This document shows, piece by piece, positions 52,533 to 61,066 of a stretch of 64,000 nucleotides of DNA (its first letter is position 1; every line of letters starts with the position of its first letter). Source of the DNA: Akkermansiaceae bacterium (GTDB taxonomy: Bacteria; Verrucomicrobiota; Verrucomicrobiia; Verrucomicrobiales; Akkermansiaceae); NCBI GenBank assembly GCA_049889715.1, contig JBMHCW010000062.1, forward strand, positions 6,858 through 70,857. The letters are read 5' to 3'. Below the pieces are notes generated by a model. The model ran no database searches, was not told the origin of the DNA, and saw nothing but the letters and a program-made list of their open reading frames with translations. The position numbers and the translations under genes are program-made.

Positions 52533-54433
52533 GCGAAGAGCAAGAGCCGATTGAATCCAGTTCTCCCGAAGAGGAGGCTGCCGAGAAGCCCCCCGTTAAG
52601 AAGGCTGGGAAGAAGGCGACCAAGAAGGTGGCAAAAAAGGCTGCGAAGAAAGCGACCAAGAAGGCTGCCAAAAAAGCGGCCAAAAAAGCGACCAAGAAGT
52701 CCTCAAAGAAGGCAGCCAAAAAGGTCGAGTCAGTGACCGAGTCACCTGAGCTGGAATTGGGACTGGAAGCGGAGAGTGATTCCGGTGAATTGGATGCGGT
52801 CGCGGAAGCTGCGGCAGCTGAATTGGCGGCGGCCAGGGCTGCCGAGGCGGCAGCGAAAGCGGCGGCAGAAGCGATGGCAGCGGTCGAGGCCGCCAAGGCC
52901 AAGCTGGCGGCGGCCAAGGAGGCTAAAAAGACGGCCAAAGTAGAGGCGGCCGAAAAAGAGGTTGAGGAAGATTTGGTGTCGACTGCCGAAGAGGTTTCTT
53001 CGGAAACCAAGGAGGTTCCGGAAGCAGACGTCGAGGAAGCAGTCGAGACTGAGATTGTCGCCAAGCTGGTGGATGACGAGGGGAAAACGGCTGAGGAGGA
53101 CAAGGCTCCGGCGGAGGAGAAGAAAGAGCGACCGAAAAAGGAGACTCCGCCACCACCACCTCCGCCCGAAGTGCCGGATGAGATTGATCTCAATGGATTT
53201 CGGGAGGAGCCGATGTCGGTTCTTTACGACGAAGCAGAGAGATTGCCGGTTCGTATTCCCAATCAAGTGACCTGCGCCCATTTGGCTTTCACCATTTTGT
53301 CCTGTTATGCCAAATATGGCACAAGGGTTGTCGGTGAGGGGGTTGTGGAGTTTTCCAAGGGGAAATTCGGTATGCTGAGGGACGAACTGAGAAGTTTTCG
53401 TCCGTCGCCCGATGATCTCTATGTTCCTGCTGAAATTATGGAGCAGTATGATTTACGGGAAGGTCAACGTTTGAAGGTGGAGATTCGTCCTCCGGGACAT
53501 CGGGACCAGTATCTAGGAGTTGCCAAAGTCCTCGAAATCGATGGTCAACCGGTCGAGGAGTATGGACAGGCCACACATTTCGATGATTTGACGTCCTTGT
53601 TCCCGGAAGAGCGATTTGTTCTCGAGGGGAGTGACGAGAGCGGAGGATTGGCCACCCGGGTTGTGGATTTGGTGGCTCCTCTCGGTAAAGGTCAGCGGGG
53701 GTTGATTGTCGCTCCTCCCAGAGGGGGCAAAACCATTCTCCTGAAGCAGATTGCGCAGGCCATTCAGAACAACCATCCGGATGCCGAGCTGGTGGTCCTG
53801 CTCCTTGATGAGCGACCCGAAGAAGTGACGGATTTCGAGGAAATGGTGGGGCAAAACGTCTTTGCTTCGACCTTCGATGAGCCGTCGAAGCGTCATGCCC
53901 AGGTGGCCAATCTTGTCTTGGAGCGGGCCCGACGCCTCGTGGAACAGGGGAAGGATGTCGTTGTCTTGCTTGATAGTCTGACTCGTCTTGCCCGAGGATA
54001 CAACAATGCGGTGCGGGGAGGGCCGATTGGATCCGGAGGAATCAGCCCCCGGGCCATTACGGATACCCGGAAATTTTTTGGGGCCGCCCGTAACGTCGAG
54101 GAAGGTGGGAGCCTGACGATTCTTGCGACCTGTCTGATTGAGACGGAAAGTCGTATGGATGACGTGATTTTCGAGGAACTCAAAGGAACTGGTAACATGG
54201 AGGTGCGATTGGACCGCGAGTTGGCGGAACAGCGGATCTACCCGGCGATTCACATTCCCCAGAGCGGGACGAGGAATGACGACCGACTCTACCACCAGGA
54301 TGAGCTCCCGCGGGTCCAGGAGATCCGGCGTCATCTCGCCAGTTTGCCCATCGGGGAGGCCATTGAGACCCTTCTTAAGAATCTGGCCCGGACAAAATCC
54401 AATACCGAGCTTCTTTTACAAGGGATGAGGTGA
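52529..54433 (+). CDS. rho: Transcription termination factor Rho with ~220-aa Lys/Ala/Glu-rich N-terminal extension
   Basis: The C-terminal 410 aa are canonical Rho: the RNA-binding CSD-like domain (GEGVVEFSKGKFGMLRD), Walker A (LIVAPPRGGKTILL), LLDSLTRLARGYN and the R-loop region. The ATG overlaps the coaE stop (ATGA). Confidence 0.95.
   Translation: MSEEQEPIESSSPEEEAAEKPPVKKAGKKATKKVAKKAAKKATKKAAKKAAKKATKKSSKKAAKKVESVTESPELELGLEAESDSGELDAVAEAAAAELAAARAAEAAAKAAAEAMAAVEAAKAKLAAAKEAKKTAKVEAAEKEVEEDLVSTAEEVSSETKEVPEADVEEAVETEIVAKLVDDEGKTAEEDKAPAEEKKERPKKETPPPPPPPEVPDEIDLNGFREEPMSVLYDEAERLPVRIPNQVTCAHLAFTILSCYAKYGTRVVGEGVVEFSKGKFGMLRDELRSFRPSPDDLYVPAEIMEQYDLREGQRLKVEIRPPGHRDQYLGVAKVLEIDGQPVEEYGQATHFDDLTSLFPEERFVLEGSDESGGLATRVVDLVAPLGKGQRGLIVAPPRGGKTILLKQIAQAIQNNHPDAELVVLLLDERPEEVTDFEEMVGQNVFASTFDEPSKRHAQVANLVLERARRLVEQGKDVVVLLDSLTRLARGYNNAVRGGPIGSGGISPRAITDTRKFFGAARNVEEGGSLTILATCLIETESRMDDVIFEELKGTGNMEVRLDRELAEQRIYPAIHIPQSGTRNDDRLYHQDELPRVQEIRRHLASLPIGEAIETLLKNLARTKSNTELLLQGMR
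52598..52723 (+). repeat. Coding low-complexity repeat (KKAxKK)n inside the rho 5' region
   Basis: KKAGKKATKKVAKKAAKKATKKAAKKAAKKATKKSSKKAAKK, encoded by imperfect AAG/AAA-GCN repeats. Confidence 0.7.
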
Positions 54434-54590
54434 TTTTACGCTTGTCGCCCCATTTCCCGGACCGCTATTCTACTGAAACACAAAACAATCTTTGTCATTC
54501 CATGATTCGGACGGGAAGGTCCGGATCGTTGCCTTTTATGGTTGAAAGGAATGAAATTACTTTGTAAATGCATTGCAGACACCTTCGAAC

Positions 54591-56081
54591 ATGAACATCG
54601 CAAAACACACCGCCGCCGCATTGGGGGCCTTCACGCTGAGTGCCACGCTGGTCCACGGGCAGGCGCGCCTCTTCTTCGAGGATATCAAGAATTTTCATCA
54701 GACCGAGCCGATGGACTCCGAGTATTTGGGTGGAAGTTTCGATGTCACCTTGATCGATGGCAGCTATACCATTCTTGGTTGTATTGCCAACGGCGGAACA
54801 CAGTTCATGGCTCCCAACCAGCTTTGTCCGGCGGGAACCACAGCATTGATCGACAGCGGTGATATCGATGGTGACGGTCTGCGTGATGGTGGAACTTATT
54901 GGTCGGTGGGGCAGGTGATCCCAGCGATTCAGGTGGAGCCTTTCTTTCCGAGTCTGGTCGAGCTTTTAGCGGCTCCTCCCTCGGATCTTCCCCGTCCTCT
55001 TGGGGGATTCAATTGGACTGACGACAGTATCGTTCTTTACTTCGATCTCGTGAACGACCCCGGTCGTTTGGTGGGATATGAGATTTCCCGCTATCTGTCG
55101 TCCCGGCAGTATGCTCCGACCCAGTTGGAGAAACATCGTCGCGAAATTGTTCCCGGAACCTACACCTTTAAGTTCCCGGCCTTGGGCAGTAATGATGTCA
55201 ACCCGGCAAACTTCTTTGTCCAGCTCGGTCACCGGGAAATGGTGGAAGCCTTTCCTGGACCCGGCGGAACAAGTGTGACCAGTGAAGGCATCGCGGTGGG
55301 CAATGACTTCCGGCTGACCAATGACGAGGATTGGAGAGGAAACAAATTGGAAATCGATCCAAGAATCGTCTATCGCCTCGAGTGGGAAGGATTCAATCCT
55401 TCCACCTTCCTTTCAGTTGACCAGGTCTTTTTCTCGGTTCTCGATCGTCAGTCCGGAGATATGATTTATCCTCCCTATCCTCCAGGGAACGCAACCTTCC
55501 CCCAGTTGATCGGAAGCGCCGAATTGGGAATTCCGACTTTCTTCGAATTGGGACCTGCCTTCTTCTCGGTGGGACAGCAAGTGGTCTGCGAACTGAACTT
55601 CAGACGGTCCAATCCTTTCGGGAACGCTACCGACGTCTCGGTGCGGAACTTCACTTGGGATATTGACTTCATCGATACCTACGAGGGGTTCATTGCCCTT
55701 GGGTTCCCCGATGGGACCTTGGACTCCCTGACCGATCCCAGTGCTGACGCCGATGGCGACGGTTGGACCAATCTTGAGGAATACGCCCTTCAAACGGACG
55801 TGGCCGATCCAGCCTCTGTTCCGAATGTGACTCCGACCCTGGCCGGTGTTCCCGGCTTCCAGCAGTGTGTTGTCGATGTTCCCAAGCGTCCTTTTGTCGG
55901 GAACAGCCTGACCTACGAAGTGGAGTATTCGACTGATCTCGAGAACTGGACAGTCATCACCGAGGACGATCCAAACTGGTATATTGAATTTGACAACGAG
56001 GCTCGCTACCGGGTCCGCAGTATCGCTCCTTTCGGGACGACGACCTGCCTTACCCGCGTGAGAATCACCCAGAACTATTAG
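54591..56081 (+). CDS. Hypothetical secreted protein with C-terminal DxDGDG-x-TN-x-EEYA module shared with the downstream S8 protease
   Basis: Signal peptide MNIAKHTAAALGAFTLSATLVHG. The ~400-aa body is unrecognised. The C-terminus reads DADGDGWTNLEEYALQTD...LTYEVEYSTDLENW... Confidence 0.6.
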   Translation: MNIAKHTAAALGAFTLSATLVHGQARLFFEDIKNFHQTEPMDSEYLGGSFDVTLIDGSYTILGCIANGGTQFMAPNQLCPAGTTALIDSGDIDGDGLRDGGTYWSVGQVIPAIQVEPFFPSLVELLAAPPSDLPRPLGGFNWTDDSIVLYFDLVNDPGRLVGYEISRYLSSRQYAPTQLEKHRREIVPGTYTFKFPALGSNDVNPANFFVQLGHREMVEAFPGPGGTSVTSEGIAVGNDFRLTNDEDWRGNKLEIDPRIVYRLEWEGFNPSTFLSVDQVFFSVLDRQSGDMIYPPYPPGNATFPQLIGSAELGIPTFFELGPAFFSVGQQVVCELNFRRSNPFGNATDVSVRNFTWDIDFIDTYEGFIALGFPDGTLDSLTDPSADADGDGWTNLEEYALQTDVADPASVPNVTPTLAGVPGFQQCVVDVPKRPFVGNSLTYEVEYSTDLENWTVITEDDPNWYIEFDNEARYRVRSIAPFGTTTCLTRVRITQNY

Positions 56082-56129
56082 ACTGAGCACCGACCCCATC
56101 CTACACACAAACCACCTACAACCTTAGTT

Positions 56130-59100
56130 ATGAGAAACTTTTCGTTGACCCTGCTGGCGATCGCCGCCGCTTCGGGCCAGGTCTTCAGTCAGACCACCGG
56201 TCTTTTGAATCCCGACCCGGGTGCTGTCGTTCCCGAGCCCGGGATCGCCGCCATCCCTGCCGGAACCCACCAGTTCCAAGTCCGGGGCAAGAAGCGGAAT
56301 TACACCATGTGCACCTTTGAGATGTGTCGCCGGGACAAAGACGGCGAGCTCAAGGTCCGTCCGGTCGCAGCGGGCTCACCTGCCGCAGTCGTGGCGCAAG
56401 CCTCGGTGCCTGATGAAGAAAATTTCATCGTCTTTTATCCAACCGGTAAAGAGGGAGTGCCAGCTGCCCGGCGTGTTTTGCGTCATCGCTATCTGGTCAA
56501 ACTGGCTGAAGGAGCTGATTTGAATGCGATTCAGAATCGCTGCGGCATGAAGACCATCAAGCGTCTTTCGCCCGGTTCTGACTATGCGGTGTGCGAAGAA
56601 GTTTCTTCCGCGCGCGTTCTCAACCAGCTTCAGGCCGTCCTTGCTGATCCCGACGTTGAGGAAACCGAGCCCCTTTTGGCGCGGAAGAGAGTGAAGAGGA
56701 TTCTTCCCACCGATCCATTCATTGAAATATACGGATTGGTCAGTAACCCTGATGGATTCCCTGATGAAGAGACCTATCAGTGGTATCTTGAGAATGATGG
56801 ATTCAACGGAGGTTCGGCTGGCATCGATATCAACATTTCTCCAGCGTTTGATTTTGCCACCGGTGACGGAGTGACCGTGACCGTGGTGGATGATGGAGTT
56901 GCGCTCGATCACACCGAGCTTGCGGCCAACGCAGCCGGAGCCAATCTTCACCTGAACCTCGTAGAGGAATCCAGGGACCCGACGACATTCGACATCTTTG
57001 CGAATCACGGAACCAATGTGGCAGGGTTGATTTCTTCCGAATCGAGCTTTGGCGGTGCCGGAATTGGAATGAGTGGTGCGGCTCCCGAGTCGACCTTCAC
57101 CGCGGTGCGCTTGCTTGGAGGATTTGTGGATGATGTCGATGAGGGAATTGCCCTCGGATGGGGATTCATTCCCGTTCCAGATCCAAGTGATCCTGATGGA
57201 GGAACCATCCTCCCCATCTCTTCTGATATTTCAAACAACAGCTGGGGTCCTGAAGATACGACTTTGAATTTCGAGGCACCCGGGGCTTCCGCAGCCGAGT
57301 CTCTTCGTTTCAGCGTGGTGGGAGATCCCGATGACCCGACGGTTCAGCCTGCTCGAGGTGGTCTGGGTGGAATCTACGTCTGGTCTGCTGGAAACGGTGG
57401 TGAGATCAATGACAACTCAAACTACGACGGGTATGCCAACTCAATCTACACCATTGCAGTCGGTGCGGTGAACGACGCCGGTCGCCGTCCGGTTTATTCC
57501 GAGCGTGGTGCCAACCTCGTTGTCAGTGCTCCTTCCGCAGGTGGAACCCAGTCGGTGTTGACCACCGCTTTTGATGTCGGTCTTGACCTTGATGGAAACC
57601 CAGTCCGGATTCCAATCTATGACACCGAGTTCGGTGGAACTTCCGCTGCGGCTCCTCTTGTTTCCGGGGTTGTGGCCCTGATGCTTGAAGCTAATCCTGA
57701 TCTGACATGGCGTGACGTTCAGGACATTCTCGTCCGCACCGCTGCTCAGAACGATGCTCTTGCCGGCGGATGGTTTACCAATGCGGCTGGGCTTCACTTC
57801 AATCACGACTACGGTGCCGGACTTGTAGATGCCGGAGCTGCGGTGCAGGCGGCCGCCGAGCGCGGCACGGGAACACCTCCCGCTGATCCTCGTCTTGGAG
57901 ACAACGATTTCCTCGGAGATCCCGCGACTCCCCAGGAGAAGTTCTTCTTCTTCCTCAGAAATGGGAATCCCGATCAGCAGTCCGGATTCATTCCTGATTT
58001 CGATCCGAATGCTCCGGTGGCTTACAATTTGACCTTCGACTTCTCGGAGGACACCAATCTCAACGTCGAGCATGTCGAGTTGAACATGACGGTGATCACC
58101 GAGAACCGGAGCGATCTTGAGATCATTCTGATTTCGCCAAGCGGTACTCAAAGCATCCTGCAGGAAGCTGATTTTGATCACACTGAGCAAGGAATCTCCA
58201 ATTGGACCTTCACGTCCATGCGCAATTGGGGCGAGGATTCCGCTGGAACCTGGGTTCTCCGCATCGTGGACCGGATCGCTGGAACCGAGTCGATCTTGAA
58301 CGATGCTACCATCACCCTTCACGGTGTTGAAGATCCCGATGGTGGAGTTGTCGGAGCACCAGTGCTGGTGAGTTCTCCGTTGATCGAAGTCGACCAGAAT
58401 CAGGACTTCTCCTATTTCATCGAAGCTGTCGGTGCTACCGAGATTGCCGTCGGCGATCTCCCTGAAGGTCTCACCTTCAATGAAGCGACGGACACCATTT
58501 CCGGTTCCGTGGAAGAAGCCGGCTTCTACCAGATCCCGATTCTTCTGAACGGCGAGGGTGGAGGCAATTCCACGCCTATCGTTTCCTTGGTGGTTCGTCC
58601 GGTGGAGGATGCTCTCGGTGATGCCCTGGGTCTTCCCGACTACGACGTGGTCACTTCCGGTGACTTCCCATGGGAATTCGAGTTCATCGATACCAATGAT
58701 CCCAATGATCCAGCTGACGAGTGGGTCGCTGCCCGCAGCGCCACCGGACTTGGTGATCTTCAGGAATCGTCCTTCGGATTTAACGGGCTTCCCAAAGGAG
58801 TGCTCCTCTTCGACTGGAAAACTTCTTCCGAGGAAGGGTTCGACCGGCTTTGGTTCAACTTCGAAGGAACTGTTCCTCAGACTTGGGAATCCTTCATCAG
58901 TGGTGAGCGCGGCTGGGGGACTGTGGCGGTAGCCATGCCCGAAGATTCAAACAACGTTCGCTGGATCTACGCCAAGGATGGTCCCAAGGGAACGGGAACC
59001 GATTTCTCCGGTGAGGACCGGGGCTTGATCGACAATGTCCGTATTGTTGATTCCGACAAGTATCTTCAGGATCTGAAGGATGCCATCGGGATTGAAGGAT

Positions 59101-59879
59101 TTGAGATCGAGATGGACAGCCGGACTCTCTGGAGGCCGATTTCCTTCCCGCCGAATGCCCCGACTCCGAATGCCTTGTTCTCCTCAAGTGTTGGTAACGG
59201 ACAGACGGTGTCACTCTCGGGATGGCTTGACGGCCCCGGAACACTCACCGTCAAAGCTCGTAACTTTGCCGAAGAAACCGATCTTTTTGAAGTTCTTCTC
59301 GACGGTATCGTGATCAACGAGGTGCAAGCCGGAGGAGGTGTCGGTAACGATCCTTTCGATGGAGTTGATCTCACTCAGGGAATTACTCCAGGGCGTCACA
59401 GGCTACAGGTGCGGATCCGCAAGGACTTCCGCGGTTCGCTCGGTCGGACGATTCTGAACCAGATCTATGATGGTGTGGTGATGACCGAACTGAAGTTCGT
59501 TCCACTTGCCAGCTTCCAGACTCTTGCTGACAGCCTCGGGGTCGGTGAGTTGGCTCCTCATGACGACTTTGACGGTGACGGTTACAGCAACCATGAGGAA
59601 TATGCCTTCGGTGGTGACATTCTTGTTGCCGACATTCCCAAGAACATTCCCCGTCTGGTGACCAAGGATGGCCGGAGTTACATCGAATACGGAATTGATA
59701 CATCCAAGACTGATTTGATCTACATTCCTCAGCAGTCGACCAACATGACAAATTGGGTGGATGCCCAATTGATGACCATGGACAGGGTCGAAGGTGATAT
59801 TCAGTTTTATCAGATTCCGGTTCTCAGCCTTCCGGGGCGGACTCATCTCTACTACCGCCTCGTCGCGGAACCCAAGTAA
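56130..59879 (+). CDS. Kexin/furin-like subtilase (S8B proprotein convertase) with P-domain and large C-terminal extension
   Basis: Signal peptide; the prodomain ends in LLARKRVKR (codons 185-190, nt 56682..56699). Catalytic Asp VTVVDDGV, His HGTNVAGLI and Ser GGTSAAAPLVSGVVALM are present. The P-domain reads VEHVELNMTVITENRSDLEIILISPSGTQSILQ...AGTWVLRIVDR, followed by ~500 further residues ending in DFDGDGYSNHEEYAFGG... Confidence 0.9.
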   Translation: MRNFSLTLLAIAAASGQVFSQTTGLLNPDPGAVVPEPGIAAIPAGTHQFQVRGKKRNYTMCTFEMCRRDKDGELKVRPVAAGSPAAVVAQASVPDEENFIVFYPTGKEGVPAARRVLRHRYLVKLAEGADLNAIQNRCGMKTIKRLSPGSDYAVCEEVSSARVLNQLQAVLADPDVEETEPLLARKRVKRILPTDPFIEIYGLVSNPDGFPDEETYQWYLENDGFNGGSAGIDINISPAFDFATGDGVTVTVVDDGVALDHTELAANAAGANLHLNLVEESRDPTTFDIFANHGTNVAGLISSESSFGGAGIGMSGAAPESTFTAVRLLGGFVDDVDEGIALGWGFIPVPDPSDPDGGTILPISSDISNNSWGPEDTTLNFEAPGASAAESLRFSVVGDPDDPTVQPARGGLGGIYVWSAGNGGEINDNSNYDGYANSIYTIAVGAVNDAGRRPVYSERGANLVVSAPSAGGTQSVLTTAFDVGLDLDGNPVRIPIYDTEFGGTSAAAPLVSGVVALMLEANPDLTWRDVQDILVRTAAQNDALAGGWFTNAAGLHFNHDYGAGLVDAGAAVQAAAERGTGTPPADPRLGDNDFLGDPATPQEKFFFFLRNGNPDQQSGFIPDFDPNAPVAYNLTFDFSEDTNLNVEHVELNMTVITENRSDLEIILISPSGTQSILQEADFDHTEQGISNWTFTSMRNWGEDSAGTWVLRIVDRIAGTESILNDATITLHGVEDPDGGVVGAPVLVSSPLIEVDQNQDFSYFIEAVGATEIAVGDLPEGLTFNEATDTISGSVEEAGFYQIPILLNGEGGGNSTPIVSLVVRPVEDALGDALGLPDYDVVTSGDFPWEFEFIDTNDPNDPADEWVAARSATGLGDLQESSFGFNGLPKGVLLFDWKTSSEEGFDRLWFNFEGTVPQTWESFISGERGWGTVAVAMPEDSNNVRWIYAKDGPKGTGTDFSGEDRGLIDNVRIVDSDKYLQDLKDAIGIEGFEIEMDSRTLWRPISFPPNAPTPNALFSSSVGNGQTVSLSGWLDGPGTLTVKARNFAEETDLFEVLLDGIVINEVQAGGGVGNDPFDGVDLTQGITPGRHRLQVRIRKDFRGSLGRTILNQIYDGVVMTELKFVPLASFQTLADSLGVGELAPHDDFDGDGYSNHEEYAFGGDILVADIPKNIPRLVTKDGRSYIEYGIDTSKTDLIYIPQQSTNMTNWVDAQLMTMDRVEGDIQFYQIPVLSLPGRTHLYYRLVAEPK

Positions 59880-59935
59880 TCGGGAATTCCTGACATCGAA
59901 GGCTTGAATATTCCTCAGCTTTCGTGAATCTCAGA

Positions 59936-59966
59936 GGAGCAGGGTGTGAAAGCCTGCTCCTTTTTT
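59936..59966 (+). terminator. Intrinsic terminator after the S8 gene
   Basis: GGAGCAGG-gtgtgaaag-CCTGCTCC-TTTTTT. Confidence 0.75.
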
Positions 59967-59967
59967 A

Positions 59968-61023
59968 ATGAGTCCCGAACCATATATGAAAGTGAAGCCT
60001 CTGGTGGAGGGGCTTCCGAAGGAGTCAGGATCTGTGGGGTTTGATTTGGAGGCGGACAGTTTATACCGCTATTCCGAGAGGATTTGTTTGATCCAGGTTT
60101 GTTTTGGTGAGGAAGTCCATTTGGTCGATCCCTTGGGGGATGATTCCATGGAGCCCCTTGTTGATTGGTTGAAGACGGCAAGAATCTGGATGCATGGAGC
60201 AGACTATGACATGTCTTTGATGTTGAGAGCTTGGGAGATGGTGCCACCGGTTCTCTATGATACTCAGATTGCCGCACAGCTACTCGGGCATGAGCGATTC
60301 GGATATGCCAGTCTGGTGGAACAATATTTCGGGGTGGAGCTTTCCAAGAGCTCTCAGAAGGCTGATTGGGGGAAGCGCCCTCTGAGTCCCAAGATGCTCG
60401 AGTATGCCTGTAACGATGTCCGTTATCTTCTTCCCTTGGCTCGCGAGGTGGAGAAGAAGCTCCGCGATTTGGGTCGGTATGATTGGTTTCTTGAATCCTG
60501 CGAAGCCTCCCGCGAACGGGTGATTTCTCGAGAAGCAGAAGAGAAGGAGCACTGGCGGATCAATGGATGCGGAAAGCTTCGTCCCCGTGGCTTGCTGTTC
60601 TTGAAATACATCTGGAAATGGCGTGATGCCGAAGCCGCTGACTGGAACAAGCCCAGCTTTATGGTGGCCAACAACAAGCAATTGATCACCTGGGCGGATG
60701 CCTTGGCCCAGAACCAGAAGATCGACATTCCTCCAAGGTTTCGACCCGACCGGAAACGTCGGTTGGAGAATGCCATCAAGAACGCACGGTCAATCCCTGA
60801 AAGCCAATGGCCCCAGCGGCCCAAGCGCGAGCGCCGGGTCAAGGATGAGAGTTTTGACAGCAAGGTCGCCGCAGAATTGAAGAGGAGGAACAAGATCGCT
60901 CAAGAGCTCGAGCTTGACCCCTCGGTGATTGCCCCTCGCGCCGTGGTCGAGCAACTGATCGGTGGAAGTGCTGAACCTGAGGATTTGCTGCTGAAATGGC
61001 AACGGAAGGTTCTCGAAATCTAG
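59968..61023 (+). CDS. rnd: Ribonuclease D (DEDDy 3'-5' exonuclease + HRDC)
   Basis: VGFDLEADSLY (ExoI), MHGADYDMSLM (ExoII), LEYACNDVRYLL (ExoIII, Y-x3-D) and a C-terminal HRDC-like region. ATG 59968 lies 1 nt after the terminator T-run; ATG 59986 is an alternative start. Confidence 0.85.
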   Translation: MSPEPYMKVKPLVEGLPKESGSVGFDLEADSLYRYSERICLIQVCFGEEVHLVDPLGDDSMEPLVDWLKTARIWMHGADYDMSLMLRAWEMVPPVLYDTQIAAQLLGHERFGYASLVEQYFGVELSKSSQKADWGKRPLSPKMLEYACNDVRYLLPLAREVEKKLRDLGRYDWFLESCEASRERVISREAEEKEHWRINGCGKLRPRGLLFLKYIWKWRDAEAADWNKPSFMVANNKQLITWADALAQNQKIDIPPRFRPDRKRRLENAIKNARSIPESQWPQRPKRERRVKDESFDSKVAAELKRRNKIAQELELDPSVIAPRAVVEQLIGGSAEPEDLLLKWQRKVLEI

Positions 61024-61066
61024 GGATTCCGGGATTGGCCTCGGGCAATATAATCGCTATTGATAA

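Noticed and set aside
52598-52723. Possible CRISPR or non-coding tandem array (also 61325..61522)
   Set aside because: The repeats are short (12-24 nt), contiguous without spacers, in frame, and translate to KKAxKK or PKP motifs inside long ORFs. They are coding low-complexity repeats, not CRISPR.
52426-53193. 255-aa - strand Ser/Ala-rich ORF
   Set aside because: It is the reverse complement of the Lys/Ala/Glu-rich coding repeat of the rho 5' region. It is a low-complexity artefact.
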